64,000 nucleotides of DNA from positions 4,200 through 68,199 of the forward strand of contig SLSZ01000018.1 in NCBI GenBank assembly GCA_007130125.1. Direction: 5' to 3'. This DNA comes from Bacteroidales bacterium (GTDB lineage: Bacteria; Bacteroidota; Bacteroidia; Bacteroidales; UBA7960). Under the pieces are notes generated by a model. It did no database searches and had not been told where the DNA came from. It saw only the letters and a program-made list of their open reading frames with translations. Position numbers and translations under genes: made by a program. Below are positions 29,861 to 40,878 of this stretch, piece by piece; within the stretch, counting starts at the first letter, position 1; every line of letters starts with the position of its first letter.

Positions 29861-30652
29861 TTAGTTTACACATACAACTTGATTCTTATATTTAAGGTTT
29901 AATCTACTATATTTATTCCATCCTAGTTTTGTCAATCCATGTTTGTAAAAAACCATAAGCTTATGGAATTTTTGCTCCATCCTGTCTGTATTTCCAAATT
30001 CTATAACATGTATTCCGTTTTTTGGAATTAATTCAAACTCATTGTTTGATGTCACATAAGCCTGGTCAATAAAAGAGCTTAAAAGTTTATTGCCATGAAT
30101 ATAGGATGTAAGCTCATAAATTTCCTTTAAAATATTATTATCCTTATCATTGAATTCATCAATCAAGGGTTCATTTAAATCAATCACCGGCGTATATTTT
30201 GCATTTATATCACCTGTAACAATAATAACACGGGCAGTAAAATCATTGCTGGCAGGCATTAGCTTTCCATCTTTATCAATATAGAAACTTTGCCCGCTGT
30301 TGTTGATAATTCTTGCCAGAGGTTTCCTTTGTTTTACTTCAGCTTTTATTTGACCGTCAATAGTTCTGTATACTTCCGCAGACTTCACATAAGTCATACC
30401 CGAAATAAAGTTTTCTATTTTGCCTAAGCTGATATTTTTAAGTTTTTTCCCAGGCAAAGTATCAAAAGACTTATAAACCTCGACCTCAATCCTGCCGGCA
30501 TCAATAAAAAAGTTCCCGCACGAATGGTCAACATTAACATCAAAATAATTGCATACCACTGACTTGTTGGAGTCAATAGCCAAGCCAAGCAATACAAAAA
30601 TTATTGCAATAACAATTATATAATAAAGCGCTTTAAACAATCTCTTGACCAT
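29861..30652 (-). CDS. ftsQ: cell division protein FtsQ
   Basis: Single N-terminal TM followed by a POTRA-like and FtsQ-type domain. It sits between murC and ftsA. Confidence 0.75.
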   Translation of the reverse strand: MVKRLFKALYYIIVIAIIFVLLGLAIDSNKSVVCNYFDVNVDHSCGNFFIDAGRIEVEVYKSFDTLPGKKLKNISLGKIENFISGMTYVKSAEVYRTIDGQIKAEVKQRKPLARIINNSGQSFYIDKDGKLMPASNDFTARVIIVTGDINAKYTPVIDLNEPLIDEFNDKDNNILKEIYELTSYIHGNKLLSSFIDQAYVTSNNEFELIPKNGIHVIEFGNTDRMEQKFHKLMVFYKHGLTKLGWNKYSRLNLKYKNQVVCVN

Positions 30653-30663
30653 TACTAGTGATA

Positions 30664-32022
30664 TTAATTTTTTTGTTTAATCATTTCTGTCAAAGGCTCA
30701 GCCAGTCTGTCAATATTTCCGGCACCCAGTGTTAAAAGAACCTCAAAATTTCTATTTTTCAAAAAATCAATTACCTTTTCTTTTTTTACCAGGTGTTTTT
30801 CTTTTAAATTTATTTTGTCAAACAGCATCTTGCTTGTAACTCCTTCGATTGGTTTTTCACGTGCCGGATAAATATCAAGGAGTATAAGCTCGTCAAGAAG
30901 CTGCAAACTTTGCGCAAACTCATCAGCAAAATCTCTTGTACGAGAATACAGGTGCGGCTGAAAAACACCGGTAATTTTTTTACCGGGCAGCAAATTCCTT
31001 ACAGATGAAATAAAAGCCTTTAGCTCTTCGGGATGATGTGCATAATCATCAATATAAGTTATTTCATTGCTATAATATTTAATATCAAATCTTCTCTGCA
31101 CACCTTCATATGTATTGATGGCTTTTGCGATCGTTTTTGTATCAATTTTGAGCAAATAAGCTGCAGTAATTGCTGCAAGGCTATTTTCAATATTATGCAA
31201 ACCGGGAACTTTCAATTTAAGTTTATCAATATTTAACTTCCCTTGTACATTAAAATAATTTATCAAGTCCTCTTTGTTAATACTCTTTGCTACAATATCT
31301 GCGCTATTTCCCGAACTATTGTAGGTTGTTACAGGTATTTTATAATTATCAGGATACGGCAGACCTTCTTTTATAATAAGATGCCCTTCTTCATTAACTT
31401 TTTGCATAAACTGAAAAAATGCATCTTTTAATGATTTGTGGTTTTCATATATATCAAGGTGATCAGGATCCATGGATGTAACAATACCATAGAAAGTATT
31501 GAGGTTCAGGAAGGACCTGTCAAATTCATCAGCTTCAACTACCATCCATTGCGGGTTTTTATCTCCAATATAATTAGACAAGTAATTTTTGGTAACTCCG
31601 CCAACAAAACCACAAATCCTGATTCCTGCGGTTTTCATTATATGTACAAGTATAGAGGAAACTGTTGTTTTGCCATGAGTACCTGCAACAGCAATTGCAG
31701 GAATTGTTTCAGAAATCAATCCAAGAACTTCTGCTCTCTTAATAAACTTCACGCCACGGCCTTTTAATGCTTTAATAATATTGAGCTCATCCTTTACTGC
31801 CGGAGTATAAATTACAAGGTCTGTATTTCCGGGTAGCTCTTCCGGGTTATCTTCAAAAATAACGTTCACTCCCAACCTGCGAAGGCTGCTGGTTAATGGT
31901 GACGGGGTTTTGTCATACCCGGCAACTTCAACGCCTTGATCAATGAAGTATCTGGCCAAACCACTCATACCAATACCCCCGATACCGATGAAATAAACGC
32001 TATTTAATGACTTAAAATCCAC
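30664..32022 (-). CDS. murC: UDP-N-acetylmuramate--L-alanine ligase
   Basis: FIGIGGIGMSGLA, VAGTHGKTT and DDYAHHPEE. Confidence 0.95.
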   Translation of the reverse strand: MDFKSLNSVYFIGIGGIGMSGLARYFIDQGVEVAGYDKTPSPLTSSLRRLGVNVIFEDNPEELPGNTDLVIYTPAVKDELNIIKALKGRGVKFIKRAEVLGLISETIPAIAVAGTHGKTTVSSILVHIMKTAGIRICGFVGGVTKNYLSNYIGDKNPQWMVVEADEFDRSFLNLNTFYGIVTSMDPDHLDIYENHKSLKDAFFQFMQKVNEEGHLIIKEGLPYPDNYKIPVTTYNSSGNSADIVAKSINKEDLINYFNVQGKLNIDKLKLKVPGLHNIENSLAAITAAYLLKIDTKTIAKAINTYEGVQRRFDIKYYSNEITYIDDYAHHPEELKAFISSVRNLLPGKKITGVFQPHLYSRTRDFADEFAQSLQLLDELILLDIYPAREKPIEGVTSKMLFDKINLKEKHLVKKEKVIDFLKNRNFEVLLTLGAGNIDRLAEPLTEMIKQKN

Positions 32023-32027
32023 AATAA

Positions 32028-33140
32028 TTATTTATTTAATGAGTTCAACACAACACTTGCTATTCTGTCGGCCGAATCTTTAATTGCAAATCCGGCTATT
32101 TTTTCTTTTAACCTTTGTTTTTTATCCTTATCAAGGATTGTTTCCACCACAACTTCACCGAGCTTTTCCCTGGCTTCGGAATCTTTAACAATGATTGCTG
32201 CATTATGATTGGCCAGGGCCTGCGCGTTTTTAGTTTGATGATCTTCAGCAACATTTGGTGATGGTATAAAAACTGCAGGCTTTTGCACAACGCTTATCTC
32301 GCTTACGCTGATAGCTCCCGATCTTGAAACCACCATATCACAAGCACTATAAGCTAAGTCCATTTTCTCAATAAAAGAAACAACCAAAATTTCTTTTCTA
32401 TTTAACTCCTTTGCATATTCATTAGCTTCTTTAAAATATAACTTGCCTGTTTGCCAGATAACCTGAATATCATTATCTATAAAAAGCTTTAAGTTTGCCT
32501 TCACACTCTGATTTATCGTCCTTGCTCCCTGGCTGCCACCTAATACCAATAATGTTTTCTTCTTACCGGAAATCCCAAAATACTTAAGAGCTTCACTTCG
32601 TTTATCATCAAGGTTAAGTATATCTTTTCTTACAGGGTTTCCGGTTAAATATATTTTCGATTTAGGGAAATATTTATCCATACCGTCATAAGCCACGCAA
32701 ATTTTCGACACTTTTTTTGCCAGTAGCCTGTTGGTCAAACCGGGATAAGAGTTTTGTTCCTGTATTATTGTTGGTATATGTCTTTTTGCAGCAGCATAAA
32801 GTACAGGCCCGCTGGCATATCCACCAACACCTATAACAACATCAGGCTTGAATCTTTTTATTATATTTCTAGCCCTTATCATACTATCCAATAGTTTGAA
32901 AACCACAATGAGGTTTTTATAAGTAATTCTTCGCTGCAATCCTGCTATATTAAGTCCCAGGATATGATATCCGGCTTTAGGCACTTTTTCCATCTCCATC
33001 TTTCCTTTAGCACCTACAAAAAGAATTTGTGGTTTTTGAACCTGTTTTTTCAAAGCATCAGCAATAGCAATGGCAGGGAACACGTGTCCGCCGGTTCCTC
33101 CGCCACTTATTAATACTTTTATAGACTCACGCTGATGCAT
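32028..33140 (-). CDS. murG: UDP-N-acetylglucosamine--N-acetylmuramyl-(pentapeptide) pyrophosphoryl-undecaprenol GlcNAc transferase
   Basis: ISGGGTGGHVFPAIAIA and LVLGGSQGA. I prefer the start at 33140 (MHQRESIK), which overlaps the ftsW stop by 14 nt. The start at 33179 is also possible. Confidence 0.93.
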   Translation of the reverse strand: MHQRESIKVLISGGGTGGHVFPAIAIADALKKQVQKPQILFVGAKGKMEMEKVPKAGYHILGLNIAGLQRRITYKNLIVVFKLLDSMIRARNIIKRFKPDVVIGVGGYASGPVLYAAAKRHIPTIIQEQNSYPGLTNRLLAKKVSKICVAYDGMDKYFPKSKIYLTGNPVRKDILNLDDKRSEALKYFGISGKKKTLLVLGGSQGARTINQSVKANLKLFIDNDIQVIWQTGKLYFKEANEYAKELNRKEILVVSFIEKMDLAYSACDMVVSRSGAISVSEISVVQKPAVFIPSPNVAEDHQTKNAQALANHNAAIIVKDSEAREKLGEVVVETILDKDKKQRLKEKIAGFAIKDSADRIASVVLNSLNK

Positions 33141-34290
33141 AAACACCTCCTTCTGTTTGTTCTTCCTGGTCTTCTTCAATTTTTCTGCTCACACTAAGAA
33201 TAATACCAACAGCGATACCTGTGAACCATAAAGATGTACCACCCATACTAATAAGCGGTAGCGGCTGCCCTGTAACCGGTATAAGATCAACAGTCACAGC
33301 CATATTTATCATTGCCTGAAAAACAAGGGTAAACGTTAGCCCAGTTGCCAGCAAGGTACCAAAAGTCCCAGGACTCTGGTGTGCCACTTTTATCCCCCTG
33401 AAAAGCAAAATCATATAAAGCAGAACTATCGTAATACCGCCAATCAAACCATATTCTTCAATAATTATAGCATATATAAAATCCGAAAATGCCTGTGGTA
33501 AAAAATTTCTTTGAGTGCTGTTTCCCGGCATCTTACCAAACACTCCTCCTGTTGCAATAGCAATTTTTGCCTGATCAATCTGATAAGTATCACTATTGTC
33601 TTTATTAACATAGTTATCAATCCTGCTTTGCCATGTAACCAATCTTCCCTGTTCGGGAGATCTCATCATAATTACAATGAATAATGAAAGTAATACCACA
33701 CCTATCGAACACATGGCAAAAATGTACTTGAAGTTAACCCTTCCTACAAACATCAGAACCACGCACGTCAGGAATATCACAATTGCAGTTGACAAGTTTG
33801 CCGGCAAAATAAGCCCGCACACGATCAATACAGGAAGTATCACAGGCAAAAAGGCGGATTTAAAATCTTTAATCTGGTCTTGCTTTTTGGTCAGAAGCCT
33901 GGCAAGGTACATAATCAAAGCTATTTTGGCAAAATCAGAACTTTGGAAGCTTATGTTAATTATTGGCAATGTAAGCCATCTGTTAGCCTCATGAATAGTT
34001 GTTCCACGGAATAATGTAATGATAAGCAAAGGTATTGCCAGGAACAACATAATTTGTGAAAGCCTGGAATAATAAGTATATTTAATTCTATGCGCCACAT
34101 ACATTAATACAAGGCCAAATAAGAGTATTATGAAATGCTTCAGAATGTAGTACTCAGTATTGCCTGCTCTGAAACGATAAGCCAACGTGCCTGTAGCACT
34201 GTAAACAGCAAGGACTGAAACTACAGATAGCAGGATTACCACCATCCAAATTGTCTTATCGCCTTTTATTTTATCAAACAAAACACTCAT
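33127..34290 (-). CDS. ftsW: SEDS-family peptidoglycan glycosyltransferase FtsW
   Basis: Polytopic protein with SDFIYAIIIEEYGLIGG and PLPLISMGGTS SEDS motifs, in the dcw position. Confidence 0.9.
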   Translation of the reverse strand: MSVLFDKIKGDKTIWMVVILLSVVSVLAVYSATGTLAYRFRAGNTEYYILKHFIILLFGLVLMYVAHRIKYTYYSRLSQIMLFLAIPLLIITLFRGTTIHEANRWLTLPIINISFQSSDFAKIALIMYLARLLTKKQDQIKDFKSAFLPVILPVLIVCGLILPANLSTAIVIFLTCVVLMFVGRVNFKYIFAMCSIGVVLLSLFIVIMMRSPEQGRLVTWQSRIDNYVNKDNSDTYQIDQAKIAIATGGVFGKMPGNSTQRNFLPQAFSDFIYAIIIEEYGLIGGITIVLLYMILLFRGIKVAHQSPGTFGTLLATGLTFTLVFQAMINMAVTVDLIPVTGQPLPLISMGGTSLWFTGIAVGIILSVSRKIEEDQEEQTEGGVYASA

Positions 34291-34363
34291 AATTCCTGGC
34301 TTTGTATTTCATTATTAAATCAACAAATTACCTATTCCGACTTTACATATTAAAAAAACTGGT

Positions 34364-35707
34364 TTACAAATCATATACTGCTTGCTTAAATTTGTTTCCC
34401 CGGTCTTCAAAGTTTTCAAATAAGTCAAAGCTTGCGCAAGCTGGAGACAACAATACCACATCGCCCGGCTTACCTATTGAGTATGCCGTTTTTACAGCGT
34501 CTTTTGCGCTAACTGTTTCAACTATATCGGATACTTCATCTCTGAACGCATCGATGATACGACTGTTATCTTCACCAAGGCAAATAATAGCCTTGACCTT
34601 CTGTTTTACCAACTCTTTTAGCTCCGAATAATCATTACCCTTATCTATTCCGCCGACTATCCAAACTATAGGCTTAGTCATACTTTCCAGAGCAAACCAC
34701 GTGGAGTTTATATTTGTAGCCTTGCTGTCATTTATAAACTCTATTCCTCTGACAACACTCACAGTTTCAAGCCTGTGTTCTACATTGCGAAAATCACTTA
34801 AACTCTCTTTGATTATGACTTTGCGAATATCAAACAAGCGGGCGGTTATTCCCGAAGCCATAGAGTTATAAGTGTTGTGTTTTCCCTTTAAGGATAAGTC
34901 TGCTAAGTTCATATAAAACTCCTTATTATTGATTTTGAACTTTATTTTATTATTATCGATACAGGCTCCTTCTTCCAGGAATACTTTTTGAGAAAAAGGC
35001 AAACATTTAGCACCTGTTTTTATTGTATCCAATTTTTCTATAATTACCGGATCATCTGCATTATATATGAAATAATCGCCGGCTTTTTGATTTTGAATAA
35101 TCCTGAACTTAGAGTTGCAGTATTTTTCAAAATCATTGTCATACCTGTCCATATGATCGGGAGTAATGTTAAGCAAAATGGCAACATCAGATTTAAACTC
35201 ATACATATTATCAAGTTGAAAGCTGCTAATTTCCAAAACGAAATACTCATAATCACGCTGCGCTAATTTAAATGCAAAGCTTTCACCAACATTTCCGGCT
35301 AAACATACATCCAGGCCGGCTTTTTTCAAAATATGATACACCATGTTTGCAGTGGTTGTTTTACCATTGCTCCCGGTAACGCAAATCTTTTTGGCTTTAG
35401 TAAATCTTCCTGCAAACTCAATTTCACTAATTACAGGTATGTTATTATCCTTAGCCATACGAATAATCTCGACATTATCAGGGATGCCAGGACTTTTGAT
35501 TATTTCGTCAGCATCAAGGATAATATTCCGGCTATGCCTTGACTCCTCCCATCCGATATTATTATTTATAAGAACGTTTCTATATTTATCTGCAATTTTT
35601 CCGGCATCAGATACAAAAACTATGTATCCCAACTTTTTTGCTAACAATGCCGCGCCGGCTCCGCTTTCTCCTCCACCCAAAACAACTATTCTACCGGCAC
35701 TTTTCAT
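34364..35707 (-). CDS. murD: UDP-N-acetylmuramoylalanine--D-glutamate ligase
   Basis: VLGGGESGAGAA, VTGSNGKTTT, and position in the dcw cluster. Confidence 0.95.
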   Translation of the reverse strand: MKSAGRIVVLGGGESGAGAALLAKKLGYIVFVSDAGKIADKYRNVLINNNIGWEESRHSRNIILDADEIIKSPGIPDNVEIIRMAKDNNIPVISEIEFAGRFTKAKKICVTGSNGKTTTANMVYHILKKAGLDVCLAGNVGESFAFKLAQRDYEYFVLEISSFQLDNMYEFKSDVAILLNITPDHMDRYDNDFEKYCNSKFRIIQNQKAGDYFIYNADDPVIIEKLDTIKTGAKCLPFSQKVFLEEGACIDNNKIKFKINNKEFYMNLADLSLKGKHNTYNSMASGITARLFDIRKVIIKESLSDFRNVEHRLETVSVVRGIEFINDSKATNINSTWFALESMTKPIVWIVGGIDKGNDYSELKELVKQKVKAIICLGEDNSRIIDAFRDEVSDIVETVSAKDAVKTAYSIGKPGDVVLLSPACASFDLFENFEDRGNKFKQAVYDL

Positions 35708-35955
35708 CTGTATAAAATATATTTAAAGTTCTGATTTCTAGTAACTTTGTAACGTGTGTTCAGTATTCAGTAACCATCAACTCAACGACTAAACAAATCA
35801 ATCCATCAACCTCATCATACATTCTGTATTGTGAATGTTTAGTTAATTAGGGTTTCATTATTTGTTGTTTTATATGCATACAATCTGCTGTTTAACAAGA
35901 CACTGAGAACACATATTTAACTTTAATTCTTTAAATATTATTAATAAGAACCTAT

Positions 35956-37215
35956 TTATCTTACTTTAAGTGTAATAACTGACAATACTGCTAATAGAAT
36001 ACCTATTATAAAAAACCTCTGCACTATTTTTGCTTCGTGGTATCCTTTCATCTGATAATGATGATGTAAAGGAGCCATGCGAAAAACTCTTCTTCCTTCA
36101 CCAAAGCGTAATTTTGTGATTTTAAACCATGCAACTTGTATCATAACCGACAAGCTTTCAATTAAGAATATACCACATAAAAGGGGTATTAATAGTTCCT
36201 TTCTTATAACAATAGCAAATACAGCTATAATACCACCAAGCGACAAGCTTCCTGTATCTCCCATAAAAACCTGGGCAGGATAAGAGTTATACCACAAAAA
36301 ACCTATGCACGCACCTATGAATGCAGCCATAAAAATTACGAGCTCTCCTGTATTGGGGATATACATGATATTAAGATAATCCGCAAACAGTATGTTGCCA
36401 GAAACGTATGCAAGTACAGCCAATGTTGCACCTATTATAGCTGACGTACCTGTAGCAAGGCCATCAAGCCCATCAGTAAGATTTGTTCCATTTGACACGG
36501 CTGTAATTATCAGAATAACTATCGGAATATAAACCAGGTAAGCATATTTTTGATAATCTTCATCAAAGATCCATTCAATAAGTATCGCATAATCCAATTC
36601 ATTATCCTTAAAAAAAGGTATTGTTGTTTTAGTAGATTTTACCGATTCTCTGGCGAATGGTGAAGCCGGCTGCTCAGGCTGATCAATCTGTAGCAGACCT
36701 GTTGGTGCAACAAATTCAAACTCACTTTGTACTTTCTCCCTGATTACAACAGATTCATTAAAATAAAGTGTTGTACCAACTATCACACCAAGCAAAACCT
36801 GTCCTACAATCTTAAACTTGCCGTGTAATCCTTTTTTATCTTTCCTGAATACTTTAATATAGTCATCTGCTAATCCTATAGCAGCAAGCCATATTGTTGC
36901 CACAATCATTAAAACTATATATATATTATCAAGCTTGGCAAATAATAATGTTGGAATAATTATGGCTGCAACTATAATCAGCCCTCCCATTGTAGGGATG
37001 CCTTGCTTTTTCATTTGTCCTTCCAGTCCCAGATCACGAACCCTCTCCCCGATTTGTTGCTTTTTCAGAAAATTAATGATCTTTTTACCGAACAGTAATG
37101 ATATAAACAGAGAAAGTAAAACAGCCATACCGGCTCTGAAAGAGATATATTGAAATAAACCCGTTCCGGGAATATCAAAGTTCTTTTCGAGAAACTGGAA
37201 GATGTAGTAAAACAT
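35956..37215 (-). CDS. mraY: phospho-N-acetylmuramoyl-pentapeptide transferase
   Basis: [15 protein letters not shown] and [12 protein letters not shown] motifs in a polytopic protein. Confidence 0.97.
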   Translation of the reverse strand: MFYYIFQFLEKNFDIPGTGLFQYISFRAGMAVLLSLFISLLFGKKIINFLKKQQIGERVRDLGLEGQMKKQGIPTMGGLIIVAAIIIPTLLFAKLDNIYIVLMIVATIWLAAIGLADDYIKVFRKDKKGLHGKFKIVGQVLLGVIVGTTLYFNESVVIREKVQSEFEFVAPTGLLQIDQPEQPASPFARESVKSTKTTIPFFKDNELDYAILIEWIFDEDYQKYAYLVYIPIVILIITAVSNGTNLTDGLDGLATGTSAIIGATLAVLAYVSGNILFADYLNIMYIPNTGELVIFMAAFIGACIGFLWYNSYPAQVFMGDTGSLSLGGIIAVFAIVIRKELLIPLLCGIFLIESLSVMIQVAWFKITKLRFGEGRRVFRMAPLHHHYQMKGYHEAKIVQRFFIIGILLAVLSVITLKVR

Positions 37216-37283
37216 GTTTCTATATATTAATGATTATGTTCTTTTTTTGTACGGCTTAATTCTATTATTATAATTTTAACTTA

Positions 37284-38741
37284 TTATTCCAAACATTCTT
37301 TCAATATTAATTTATCATCAAAAGGTTTTTTCTCACCTTTTACTTCCTGGTATTTCTCATGTCCTTTTCCGGCAACCAGGACAATATCACCTGGCCGTGC
37401 GATAGTGCAAGCCGTTTTGATAGCCTGCTTTCTGTCTGTAATATTTATTGTTTTTTTCTTCTCCACGGGATCCAGTCCTGCTTCCATCTGCTTTATAATT
37501 TCCTCCGGATCTTCATATCTTGGATTATCAGAAGTCAATATCACCTTTTCGCTATATTTTGCTGCTGTGTTGGCCATAACAGGTCTTTTATCTTTATCCC
37601 TGTCACCACCACAACCCACAACAGTGATAAGATTTTCATTCCTGGTACGTATTTTCGTTATTGCTTTTAAAACATTTTCAAGAGCATCCGGTGTATGAGC
37701 ATAATCTACGATAGCCGTAATTTTGTTATCATTAATAAAATATTCAAAACGTCCTTCTACCGACTCAAGGCTGCTTAACAACATTAACACCTCCTCCTTA
37801 TCAAATCCCATCAAAACAGCAGCTCCATAAATTGCTAAAAGATTGTATGCATTATGCTCACCAACAAGCTTACACCAAAAATCCCTGTTATCAATTCGCA
37901 ACTGCAGGCCTGATATCAGGTTTTCGATTACTTTTCCTTTAAAATCCGCTTTCTTTTTAAGGCTATAGCTGTATTTTTTAGCTTCTGAGTTTTGAAGGAC
38001 TACCATTCCGTTTTTATCATCCACATTTGTAAGCGCAAATGCATTCTTGTCAAGTTTATCAAAAAACTTCTTTTTAGCTTTAAGATATTCATCGAAGGAT
38101 TTATGGTAGTCAAGGTGATCGTGGGATATATTAGTAAAGATACCACCTTCAAACCTTATACCTTCTATACGGTATTGACTGATAGCATGTGAACTGACTT
38201 CCATAAAACAATAACTACAACCATTTTCTACCATACTATTGAACAATTTATTCAGTTCTAATGCGTCAGGAGTTGTATACCTTGAGGTCTCTTTGTTTTC
38301 CCCAATCATATTGGCCACAGTAGATATCAGCCCGGCTTTAGCGCCTGTTAATAATACAAGCCTGTGAAACAATGAAGCAATTGTTGTTTTCCCGTTTGTT
38401 CCGGTTACACCAATAATCTTAAGTTTGGATGAAGGCGTATCATAATAGTTTGATGCAATATGTCCCAAAGCTTTTGAACTATCTTTAACCTTGACACAGG
38501 TTATATCGTCTTTTAAAACAGCGGGCATCTCTTCACATACAACAGCAGCAGCTCCCCTTTCTATTGCCTGCTTAATGTATAAATGGCCATCTGTTGTAAT
38601 ACCTCTTACAGCAACAAATAAGTCTCCCTTCTTTACTTTCCGGGAGTCAAACGCAACATTGCTGATCTTGATGTCAGTATCGCCAGCTACCTCAATCAAG
38701 CCACTTTTATATAATATGTCGTTTAAGTTTTTCAAATTCAC
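37284..38741 (-). CDS. murE: UDP-N-acetylmuramoyl-L-alanyl-D-glutamate--2,6-diaminopimelate ligase
   Basis: VTGTNGKTT and DYAHTPDAL. The TSDNPR (DNPR) motif is associated with meso-DAP specificity. Confidence 0.93.
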   Translation of the reverse strand: MNLKNLNDILYKSGLIEVAGDTDIKISNVAFDSRKVKKGDLFVAVRGITTDGHLYIKQAIERGAAAVVCEEMPAVLKDDITCVKVKDSSKALGHIASNYYDTPSSKLKIIGVTGTNGKTTIASLFHRLVLLTGAKAGLISTVANMIGENKETSRYTTPDALELNKLFNSMVENGCSYCFMEVSSHAISQYRIEGIRFEGGIFTNISHDHLDYHKSFDEYLKAKKKFFDKLDKNAFALTNVDDKNGMVVLQNSEAKKYSYSLKKKADFKGKVIENLISGLQLRIDNRDFWCKLVGEHNAYNLLAIYGAAVLMGFDKEEVLMLLSSLESVEGRFEYFINDNKITAIVDYAHTPDALENVLKAITKIRTRNENLITVVGCGGDRDKDKRPVMANTAAKYSEKVILTSDNPRYEDPEEIIKQMEAGLDPVEKKKTINITDRKQAIKTACTIARPGDIVLVAGKGHEKYQEVKGEKKPFDDKLILKECLE

Positions 38742-38749
38742 ATTGATTT

Positions 38750-40855
38750 TTAAGATAACTCAAGAACAATAACCTGCCCGGGTTCAATTCTGAGTCCCGG
38801 TCTTATGCTTTGTTTTCGCACTATTCCTTTACCGGTAAACTTCACTTCCATTTTAGCATTTTCGAGAATATACAGAGCATCTTTAAGGCTCATCCCAACA
38901 ACATTAGGCACCAGGTTCTGTATAAACTCCCTGTCGCGGAACACGACAGTATCAGCCCTAGCAGAAGCGGAAACCCAATTTGTCTGGGGTTTGTTTCCAG
39001 GGTAGCTACCCAATTGTTTATATACATTTAAAATGTCATCGTAATTGCCACCCCTGAAAGTTGGAAATTTAGCCATTACAGGTTCTTCAATATCGCGTAA
39101 CGGTAAATTTAATTGTGTTGCAAAAATTTTGTCAGCTACTTCCCTGAACACTGGTGCAGCAACCTGGCTTCCCGTATATATCCAACCCTTGGGATTATGG
39201 ATTACAACAATCATTGAATATTGAGGGTTGTCAGCCGGAAAGTAACCAACGAAAGAAGCCCTGTAACTTATTCCTCCGGAATCACCAATATACCCGAACC
39301 TGGTATTTGCAACCTGCGCTGTACCGGTTTTGCCCGCTATTTGATAAACAGGTGTATGAATATTTTTTGCCGTACCATTTTCCACAACCCCTACCAACAT
39401 ATCATTAGCTTGTTTGATCGAACGCCTGGAAGCAATTCTCTCATTAAGCACCTTTGTATTGAATCTTTTTAATGTTTCGCCGGTCTGACGTATCTCTTTT
39501 ACAAACATTGGCTTAACCATTTTACCATTATTTGCGATTGCATTATAAAAAGTCAAAATCTGCAGCGGAGTTAGTGATACGCCATAACCGATGGACATCC
39601 ACGGCAATGACACACCAGACCACTCTGAACTACTAACGTCTTTAATAACCGGGCTACCTTCACCACTAATTTCAATCCCAAGTTTTTCGCCAAGACCAAA
39701 AGACTTTATCTTGTCAATATAGTCTTGCGGTTTATCCTTGTAGTGATCGTATATTATTTTGGATATCCCGACATTAGAAGAAATCTCAAAAGCTTCTTTA
39801 ACAGTGATCCTTCCAAACCCTTCATCATCAGAGTCATACATTGTTCGATCGGCATAGGTTATACTTCCATCATCAGTATTAACAAAATCCTCAGGAGAAA
39901 TAATACCATCTTCCAAAGCAACTAGTATTGAAGCAAGCTTAAAAGTAGAACCCGGCTCGGCACTTTCTCCAACCGCGTAGTTAAACAACTCCTCGTAGGT
40001 GTCACCTCCTGATATTGACAGATTAGAAATAGCTTTTATTTCACCGGTAGCAACCTCCATAACAACAGCAGTTCCATAATCAGCACCATACTTGTGAATT
40101 TGCCTACGCAAGCTGTTTTCAACAATATCTTGTATGTTTACATTTATTGTTGTAAGCAAATCTTTCCCATTATGCGGGCTGATCTCATGTTCATCATTTA
40201 TAGGCATCCAGCTTCCACCACTTGTTCTACGCATTAAGCGTTTCCCTTTCACTCCTTCAAGGTAATCCCTGTATGCGCCTTCAAGACCAACATAATAACC
40301 TCCCCTTTCATATCCAATAGTTCTTGCAGCTAAACTTCTGAAAGGCATTTCTCTTCGCGTATTTTCCTCAACAATCAACCCCCCACGGTACCGGCCTTTA
40401 CGAAACAAAGGAAAGTCACGCAACATAATCAACTCACTATATGATACATTACGTTTTATTAGCAGGTAACGCTCCTGGTTGCGGCGCCCCTCAACCAGGA
40501 TTTGACGGTATTGATTCGGAGCCCTGTCGCGGAAAAGCCTGGACAAATTGAAAGCCAAAGAGTCTACTTTTGAATAGAACAACTCATCTGACGTAACAAA
40601 AGAGCTAACGTCCATACGAATTTCATACATAGGGACACTCGTTGCAAGCAACCTGCCATCATCAGCATAGATATCACCCCTGTTAGCATCAATTTCAACA
40701 TACCGTAAAGTAGTATTTCTTGCAACCTCCTTCCATTTATCACCTTCCGCAAATTGTATATAAACCACCTTAGCAATGATAAGGAATGCAAGAACCGCCA
40801 CAACAAAGTAGACCAGGTAAACACGCCACAATATGTCGTTTTTAATGCTGCTCAC
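38750..40855 (-). CDS. ftsI: class B penicillin-binding protein (FtsI/PBP3-type) with a C-terminal PASTA domain
   Basis: N-terminal TM, a dimerisation domain, and transpeptidase motifs (STFK, SSN, KTGT). The C-terminal VPNVVGMSLKDALYILENAKMEVKFTGKGIVRKQSIRPG...VIVLELS fits a PASTA repeat. Confidence 0.9.
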   Translation of the reverse strand: MSSIKNDILWRVYLVYFVVAVLAFLIIAKVVYIQFAEGDKWKEVARNTTLRYVEIDANRGDIYADDGRLLATSVPMYEIRMDVSSFVTSDELFYSKVDSLAFNLSRLFRDRAPNQYRQILVEGRRNQERYLLIKRNVSYSELIMLRDFPLFRKGRYRGGLIVEENTRREMPFRSLAARTIGYERGGYYVGLEGAYRDYLEGVKGKRLMRRTSGGSWMPINDEHEISPHNGKDLLTTINVNIQDIVENSLRRQIHKYGADYGTAVVMEVATGEIKAISNLSISGGDTYEELFNYAVGESAEPGSTFKLASILVALEDGIISPEDFVNTDDGSITYADRTMYDSDDEGFGRITVKEAFEISSNVGISKIIYDHYKDKPQDYIDKIKSFGLGEKLGIEISGEGSPVIKDVSSSEWSGVSLPWMSIGYGVSLTPLQILTFYNAIANNGKMVKPMFVKEIRQTGETLKRFNTKVLNERIASRRSIKQANDMLVGVVENGTAKNIHTPVYQIAGKTGTAQVANTRFGYIGDSGGISYRASFVGYFPADNPQYSMIVVIHNPKGWIYTGSQVAAPVFREVADKIFATQLNLPLRDIEEPVMAKFPTFRGGNYDDILNVYKQLGSYPGNKPQTNWVSASARADTVVFRDREFIQNLVPNVVGMSLKDALYILENAKMEVKFTGKGIVRKQSIRPGLRIEPGQVIVLELS

Positions 40856-40878
40856 AACAATTCAGTTTAGTATTAGTT

